Shown here: positions 36,917-42,519 of the stretch, in pieces
Numbering within the stretch: position 1 is the stretch's first letter
How the letters are laid out: the number at the start of each line of letters is the position of its first letter
Assembly (NCBI GenBank): GCA_964481585.1
Contig: CAYZVT010000002.1
Location: 1 to 42,519, forward strand
Direction of reading: 5' to 3'
Length of the DNA: 42,519 nucleotides
Source of the DNA: an uncultured Pirellulales bacterium
GTDB taxonomy: Bacteria > Planctomycetota > Planctomycetia > Pirellulales > CAYZVT01
Made by a program: the position numbers and the translations under genes
The notes under the pieces: generated by a model
Seen by the model: only the letters and a program-made list of their open reading frames with translations
Database searches by the model: none
Told to the model about the DNA's origin: nothing

Positions 36917-37864
36917 GTGTCCACCCAGCCCACCATATCAGTCGTCATCCCCTGTTACAACGCGGCGGCGTATCTGCGCGAGACGATTGAGTCCGTGCTC
37001 GCGCAGTCGGTTCCGGCACGGGAGGTTTTGGTAATCGACGACGGCTCGACCGACACCTCGGCCGAAATTGCCGAGTCGTACGGTTCGCCCGTGCGCGTGA
37101 TCCGGCAGGCGAATCAAGGCGAATCGGTAGCGCGTAACCGGGGTATCGACGAGTCGCAGGGCGACTGGGTCGCCTTTCTCGATGCCGACGATCTCTGGCT
37201 GCCCGACAAGCTGGAGCGGCAGTTGGCCGCTGCGCGGGAGCAGCAGGACGTGGTCTGCATTCACACCAACTATTCAATTTTTGGCGTCTTCGAACTCGAT
37301 CCGGGTATTCCGGGCGAAGTGCAGCGTGGCGATTACTCAGTCAGATCGCTCCTGCTTAACCCATACATCCATGTTTCCACCGCCCTTGTGCGCCGCGACG
37401 CGCCGGTGCGTTTCCCCGACTGGACGCAGAGAGCGGAAGATATGATTTACTTCGCCGATCTCAGTCTACATGGCCGCATCGCGTTTGTGCCGGAGCGGTT
37501 GATGCGCTACCGAGCGCACGCGCGCCAACAGAGCCACCAGCCGAACGTCCTGACGCCGCACATCCGCAGCCGCATGGACTGGATGGCGGGACTCAAAGGC
37601 CGGATTGAGGCGGAGGCCCACCAGCGGATCGAGTCGGCCCTGCGAGAGCAGCTCGTCCAATGGATTGCGGTCGCCAAATGGAAGCGCCGCTGGAGCGACT
37701 ACTGGAGCCTGCGGGCGTATGGACAAAGCCTCCCATGGAACGGCGATCGGCCCGCTCTGCTCGACGAGCGGGTTTATCCGCGGTCGTGGTACGCGCTGAA
37801 GGACGCCGTGCTCCGGGTGGTGGCTCCTTCGCAACTGCCGCCCGATCGGCCGGGGAATTGGTAG
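36917..37864 (+). CDS. GT2 glycosyltransferase
   Basis: ISVVIPCYN, IDDGSTD, ARNRG, AFLDADDLW; start position uncertain. Confidence 0.9.
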   Translation: MSTQPTISVVIPCYNAAAYLRETIESVLAQSVPAREVLVIDDGSTDTSAEIAESYGSPVRVIRQANQGESVARNRGIDESQGDWVAFLDADDLWLPDKLERQLAAAREQQDVVCIHTNYSIFGVFELDPGIPGEVQRGDYSVRSLLLNPYIHVSTALVRRDAPVRFPDWTQRAEDMIYFADLSLHGRIAFVPERLMRYRAHARQQSHQPNVLTPHIRSRMDWMAGLKGRIEAEAHQRIESALREQLVQWIAVAKWKRRWSDYWSLRAYGQSLPWNGDRPALLDERVYPRSWYALKDAVLRVVAPSQLPPDRPGNW

Positions 37865-37878
37865 AAGCCGCCGATCCG

Positions 37879-39054
37879 ATGAAGATCTCGTTGTTTGTCA
37901 TTCCGAGCGATTGGGGCGGTGCCGAAAACCATACCATCGGTCTGGCGCGGATGCTCCAGACGCGGGGCCATGAGGTCACGCTGGTCGAGATGGGCAACCG
38001 GGTCTACCTGCCGGAGCGAATCGGGCCGGAGCCTAACATCAACTTGGTGCATGTGGACCTCCCGCGCTTCTATCGCGAGGTGAGCCACCGCGAATGGCGC
38101 GCGCTGCTCGCCCCGTTTCGCGGCGATCTGGCCATCCTCGGCAAGACCTGGTTTTTCACCGGCAGCGCGGGCTTTGACTTCGCCGCCCGGCGGCAGTTTC
38201 GACGGTACGTTACCATCGAGCATGGTTTGGGGCCGGAAATGCCGCCCAAGAGCAGCCGCCGCTACCTCTTCAACACCATACCCGGCCCGGGGCTGTGGTG
38301 GTACAAGCAGCTGTGGCCGCTCTACCGGCGGTCAATCGCTCCGCATCGCATCGTATGCGTGAGCAACGCGGTCCGACGCAGACTCGTGGAGGACTTGCGT
38401 TTTCCGGCGCGCAAAGTGTTCGCAGTTTGCAACGGGATCGATCCGCAGTCGCGGTTTGTGCCGAGTGCTCAGCACCGCGAGCAAACCCGCGCCGCGTGGG
38501 GCATCCCCGCCGACGCCTTTGTGTTCGGCACCGTGGGCCGTCTGCATGCGGTGAAGCAATACGACGTGGCGATTCGCTCCTTTGCCGAACTTGTCGCACA
38601 AACCAAGCGGCAGGACGTGCATCTCGTTCTGGTGGGCGAAGGGCCGCTAGACGGGCAGCTGCGCGAGCTAGCCGTGCAGAGCGGACTAAACGGCCAGGTG
38701 CATTTCCAGGGTTTTGTCAGCAAGCCGTGGGAAGTCTATCCAGGGCTGGATGCGCTGCTCATCCCCAGCCAGTCGGAAGGCTTGCCGCTCAACATGCTCG
38801 AAGGCATGGGCTGCGGTTGCTGCGCGATCGCCTACGCGGTCGCCGGAATTCCCGAGGTCATCACCGACCGCCGCGATGGCTGGCTTGTCGCGCCAGGCGA
38901 GCAGTCGCAGTACCGTGAAGCCATGAAAGAAGCGCTACAGCTTCCGCCAGAGGCCGCCGCCGAAATGCGTCAGCGTGCGCGCGAGCGAATTCTCCGCGCG
39001 TTCGACGCCCAGAAGCAATTTGCGCTGCTCGCGGAGCTTATCGAACAAGCCTAG
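37879..39054 (+). CDS. GT4 glycosyltransferase
   Basis: WGGAE, NGID, VGRLHAVK, PSQSEGLPLNMLEGM. Confidence 0.9.
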   Translation: MKISLFVIPSDWGGAENHTIGLARMLQTRGHEVTLVEMGNRVYLPERIGPEPNINLVHVDLPRFYREVSHREWRALLAPFRGDLAILGKTWFFTGSAGFDFAARRQFRRYVTIEHGLGPEMPPKSSRRYLFNTIPGPGLWWYKQLWPLYRRSIAPHRIVCVSNAVRRRLVEDLRFPARKVFAVCNGIDPQSRFVPSAQHREQTRAAWGIPADAFVFGTVGRLHAVKQYDVAIRSFAELVAQTKRQDVHLVLVGEGPLDGQLRELAVQSGLNGQVHFQGFVSKPWEVYPGLDALLIPSQSEGLPLNMLEGMGCGCCAIAYAVAGIPEVITDRRDGWLVAPGEQSQYREAMKEALQLPPEAAAEMRQRARERILRAFDAQKQFALLAELIEQA

Positions 39055-39057
39055 CGG

Positions 39058-39141
39058 ACACGTCCTTCCCGCGCAGGCGGGAATCCAGTGGTCAGCCATC
39101 AGCGGTCAGCAAAACACGTCCTTCCCGCGCAGGCGGGAATC
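39058..39141 (+). repeat. Two direct REP-like palindromes separated by heptamer units
   Basis: ACACGTCCTTCCCGCGCAGGCGGGAATC at 39058 and 39114; the spacer contains GTCAGCCATCAGCGGTCAGC; 39061-39088 is the exact reverse complement of 14245-14272. Confidence 0.85.
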
Positions 39142-39222
39142 GAGAGAGCAATCTCCATCTGGCTAGAGCGCCAGCCCGGCTAACCAGCCTGGCGGCCTCG
39201 GGCGAAAAAGGTAACGACCGAC

Positions 39223-39231
39223 TGCTATAGT
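39223..39231 (+). promoter_or_regulatory. Extended -10 promoter candidate for the downstream GT2 genes
   Basis: TG-C-TATAGT about 44 nt before ATG 39275. Confidence 0.4.
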
Positions 39232-39274
39232 TGAACGCAGTGCGTTGTAGCTCTACTCCAACCGCAAATCATCC

Positions 39275-40213
39275 ATGCTTGTTACCGTTGCCATCTGTAC
39301 CTGGAACCGCGCGGGTCTGCTCGATCAGACGCTCGCCGAGATGCACAAGCTGCGCGTGCCGCAAGGCGTTGAGTGGGAATTGATCGTCGTCAACAACAAC
39401 TGCACGGACAAGACGGACGAGGTGCTCGCGCGGCATGAGAAGCAGTTGCCGCTGCGGAGGATTTTTGAACCGCGTCCGGGAAAGTCGCATGCCGCCAACT
39501 CGGCCATCGCGGCCACGCGGGGGGAGCTGCTGCTGTGGACGGACGATGACGCGCTCGTCTCTCCCGACTGGATCGGGGCCTACGTGGCCGCCGCGGCACG
39601 CTGGCCGGAGGCGAGCTTTTTCGGCGGCCCGGTACGTCCCTGGTTCGAGAGTTCGCCGCCGGATTGGCTGGCGAACGCGGCGGTCTGGAAGCGGGTGGAC
39701 GAGGCCTATGCCACGCGGGATCTCGGCAGCGAGCCGTTTGTGTTCACCAAGAGCAAAGTCCCTTTCGGGATCAACATGGCCTTCCGCACCGAGGCGCAAA
39801 AGCGTTATCTGTTCGACCCCGAGCTAGGCCCCCGCCCCAATAGCACGCTTCGCGGCGAAGAGACCGCGCTGGTGCGCGGCATGATCGCGGCCGGCGAGCA
39901 AGGCTGGTGGGTGCCCGAAGCGACGGTTCAACATTTCGTCCCGCGTCACCGCCAGACGACGCATTTTTTGCGCGGGTTTTACTTCGGGCAGGGCCAAGTC
40001 ATAGCACGCCAACAAGAACAAACGCTCCGCGCGGCACCCCAACTGCTCGGAGCGCCGCGGTGGATGTGGAAGCGTGCCCTGAGCACCGAACTTCGCTACC
40101 GCCGCAACCGCCTCGCCGCCGCCCCCACGGTCTGGATCGACGACCTGATCAATACCGGCCTGCTGTGGGGACAGTTACACGAGCTGCGGCACTTGCAGCG
40201 GAAAAAAGTATAA
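39275..40213 (+). CDS. GT2 glycosyltransferase
   Basis: VTVAICTWNR, VVNNNCTD, GKSHAAN, WTDDD, GINMAFR, GEET. Confidence 0.92.
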   Translation: MLVTVAICTWNRAGLLDQTLAEMHKLRVPQGVEWELIVVNNNCTDKTDEVLARHEKQLPLRRIFEPRPGKSHAANSAIAATRGELLLWTDDDALVSPDWIGAYVAAAARWPEASFFGGPVRPWFESSPPDWLANAAVWKRVDEAYATRDLGSEPFVFTKSKVPFGINMAFRTEAQKRYLFDPELGPRPNSTLRGEETALVRGMIAAGEQGWWVPEATVQHFVPRHRQTTHFLRGFYFGQGQVIARQQEQTLRAAPQLLGAPRWMWKRALSTELRYRRNRLAAAPTVWIDDLINTGLLWGQLHELRHLQRKKV

Positions 40214-40285
40214 GCACTCCGCGACTCGTTCCGTTCAAGCCCATTCCACCTTCCTCGACGCGGCGAAAGCGGCAATTCGCTTTTC

Positions 40286-41215
40286 ATGGCAAAAAATCTA
40301 GCAGTCGTCATCCCGTTTGCCGGGTCGCTGGAACTGCTCAACCGGACACTCGATTCGCTCGCGGCGGCCGAGCAGCCATCGAACTTTCGCCAGACGATCG
40401 TGATCGAGAACGGCAAGCGGCGCGGCGGTGAGAAGGTGGTCGAGCGCTATCGCCAGTCGCTCCGTGCCCTCCATCTTTACGAGCCGGTGCCGGGCAAGAG
40501 CCATGCGCTGAATCGCGCGGTGAGCCAACTGCCCGACCATCTGGTGGTGTTTCTGGACGACGACGTGCGGGTAGCGCCCGAGCTACTGAGCAGCTATGCA
40601 AGAGCCGCCGAGGGCGTGGAGCAAGGGGAGTTTTACGGCGGGCCGTTCGGCGTCGATTACGAGGTATCGCCGCCCAAGTGGCTCCAAGCTTATCTGCCCG
40701 GCTCGGCCGTCGGTTGGAGTCTTGCCGACGATGCGACTACGATCGAAAAGCCTTCCTTCCTGGGATTCAACTGGGCGGTGTTTGCCAACGATCTAAAGGC
40801 TGTCGGCGGCTTTGACGAAAACCTCGGACCTGGCGCCTTGACCCGCTGCTATGTGGGAGACGAAATCACGCTCCAGCAAACGCTGCTCGCTCGCGGCGTG
40901 CGTGGGAAGTACGTCAAAGACGCGATGGTTTGGCACTACGTTCCGCAAGATCGCTGCACTCCGCGCTGGACGCTTCAGCGCAAGTATCGGCACGCGATGT
41001 CGAGTGGCATCCGCTACGAAGACGACTCACCGACCTTTTGCGGCTTCCCCCGCTGGACATTCAAGATCGCGCTGCAAAAGTATCTCGACGTGCTCGCGTC
41101 CACCTTCACGGCCACGCCCGAACAGCGGTTCAGCAAGAAGTGCGACTACTGGACCTTCCGGGGCTACATGGCCGGCTGCCGCATCGCCATTCAGCAGCGC
41201 CAGACACGCCGCTAG
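40286..41215 (+). CDS. GT2 glycosyltransferase
   Basis: AVVIP, VIENG, GKSHALN, VFLDDD, GGFDENLG, GDE. Confidence 0.88.
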   Translation: MAKNLAVVIPFAGSLELLNRTLDSLAAAEQPSNFRQTIVIENGKRRGGEKVVERYRQSLRALHLYEPVPGKSHALNRAVSQLPDHLVVFLDDDVRVAPELLSSYARAAEGVEQGEFYGGPFGVDYEVSPPKWLQAYLPGSAVGWSLADDATTIEKPSFLGFNWAVFANDLKAVGGFDENLGPGALTRCYVGDEITLQQTLLARGVRGKYVKDAMVWHYVPQDRCTPRWTLQRKYRHAMSSGIRYEDDSPTFCGFPRWTFKIALQKYLDVLASTFTATPEQRFSKKCDYWTFRGYMAGCRIAIQQRQTRR

Positions 41216-41265
41216 CCACTTCCGCACCTTTTGAATCAGACTTGAATCCGACAAGGACAAAATGG

Positions 41266-42246
41266 ATGCAGGCGACGACCATTTCAGTCGTGACGCCCTG
41301 CTACAACGGCGCGGCGTATATCGGCCAGACGATTGCCTCGGTCCTTGCGCAGACGCATGCGCCGCGGGAGATTATCGTCGTTGACGATGGCTCGACGGAT
41401 GAATCGGCCGAGATCATTGCGTCCTTCGGCGACCCGGTCCGGTTGATCCGTCAGAAAAATCAAGGCGAGTCCGTTGCGCGGAACGTCGGCATCCGAGCGG
41501 CGGAGGGCGATTATCTTGCCTTTCTCGATGCGGATGACCTGCTCGAACCGACTTCGTATGAGCGAATGCTCTCCGCCCTCGACGGGCGAAGCGACGCCGT
41601 CGCGCTGATGGGCGCTGCCTGGTTCGATCGTGACCCGGCGAAGCCGTACCGGCAGTACCCACCGATCGCCAGCTCCTTTCTCCCCAACATCATCCGAGGC
41701 AATTTCGGTCCGCCCCACTGCTGGCTCACTCCCCGATCAGTTGTCGAGCAGGCCGGCGGCTTTGAAGAGTCGATGCGCTACTTTGAAGACTGGGACTTTT
41801 GGTGGCGCGTGGCGCTGACGGGCGCGAAGCTCGTGCCGGTGAACCACCTCGGCGCGCTCTATCGCCATCATCCCCAGTCGCAGCTTGCCACCGTCTCGTC
41901 GGCCGATCGCGCGCTAGGGCATGCGGTCGTCATGGAGCGGATGTGCCAAGCCTTTCTCGAAAAAGACGTTCTGCTCCAAGAACACGGGGCGATGCTCTTT
42001 TGGTCCTCCTGGGCCGCCCTCCGCCGCGCCCGGGAAAGCGGAGTCGCCTGGCGTGACCTGGCAGGACTGGTGCGGATGCTCAATCGCGTCGCGCGCAAAG
42101 GGCCGCCGCCGGTGCGCTGCACGAAGATTGCCCGACTCATGCGCATCGTGGGAGCGCGCTGGGCGGTGGGACTACAAGAGATGGTCGATGGCAGGGGCGA
42201 TTCCGGTGCGGCCTTGACCTCCGATTCGCCGGCGAACGCCGAATAG
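41266..42246 (+). CDS. GT2 glycosyltransferase
   Basis: AAGGA RBS; ISVVTPCYN, VDDGSTD, FLDADD, GGFEE, FEDWDFW. Confidence 0.92.
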   Translation: MQATTISVVTPCYNGAAYIGQTIASVLAQTHAPREIIVVDDGSTDESAEIIASFGDPVRLIRQKNQGESVARNVGIRAAEGDYLAFLDADDLLEPTSYERMLSALDGRSDAVALMGAAWFDRDPAKPYRQYPPIASSFLPNIIRGNFGPPHCWLTPRSVVEQAGGFEESMRYFEDWDFWWRVALTGAKLVPVNHLGALYRHHPQSQLATVSSADRALGHAVVMERMCQAFLEKDVLLQEHGAMLFWSSWAALRRARESGVAWRDLAGLVRMLNRVARKGPPPVRCTKIARLMRIVGARWAVGLQEMVDGRGDSGAALTSDSPANAE

Positions 42247-42265
42247 CAACAGAGCTGAGTGCTTC

Positions 42266-42519
42266 ATGAGTATTAGCGAAGGCAATCCCCGCGACATCCT
42301 CGACACACCGGCAACCGCCGATCGGACCGCGCCGCCGCCGCAGAAAGTGCGCGTGGCGATTATCGGTTGCGGAGCCGTCGCGCAGCAGTTTCACATGCCG
42401 GTCCTGGCTGGGCATGAGCATGTCGAGCTAGTCGCCTTCGTCGACCGCAACACGGCTGCGGCAGAAAAACTCGCTGTCGAGTACCGCGTTCCCAGCGTCT
42501 TCGCCGATGCGGAAGAACT
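42266..42519 (+). CDS. Gfo/Idh/MocA-family oxidoreductase (5' part, truncated by window end)
   Basis: Own translation: ...KVRVAIIGCGAVAQQFHMPVLAGHEHVELVAFVDRNTAAAEKLAVEYRVPSVF...; not in the ORF track. Confidence 0.85.
   Translation, partial: MSISEGNPRDILDTPATADRTAPPPQKVRVAIIGCGAVAQQFHMPVLAGHEHVELVAFVDRNTAAAEKLAVEYRVPSVFADAEE

Noticed and set aside
39058-39141. Mini CRISPR array (28-bp palindromic repeats resembling type I-E, 28-bp spacer)
   Set aside because: Only two copies, a spacer built from heptamer repeats, a solitary inverted copy at 14245 and no intact cas genes; it fits a REP-like family better.

Overview
High-GC window, most likely from a planctomycete (N-terminal 'EQLEARVMFA' secretion motif, PVC-type heme-binding protein, DUF1080, exosortase-Wzc-TPR-EpsI block). 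The left ~14 kb is a patchwork. It holds the 5' part of a giant RTX-repeat surface protein that the ORF track missed, a sulfatase, a ~110-bp cas1 relic, a PVC-type CxxCH protein and a doubly membrane-anchored PD-(D/E)xK nuclease-like protein. It also holds a Tat TIM-barrel plus DUF1080 pair, a low-GC GNAT-WbqC fusion, a lone pseudopilin with an inserted golvesin-like domain and a heptamer/REP composite repeat. From 14.3 kb, a specialised NusG paralog is transcribed divergently from a >26-kb same-strand surface-glycan locus that is preceded by a ~490-nt hairpin-rich leader. The locus encodes exosortase, Wzc, a ~1470-aa TPR protein, EpsI, a priming transferase, a deacetylase, a Wzy/ligase-like protein, Wzm/Wzt, a sulfotransferase, an aminotransferase, a methyltransferase, eight GT2/GT4 enzymes and a truncated Gfo/Idh/MocA gene. 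All family calls come from motif recognition by eye; no searches were run.
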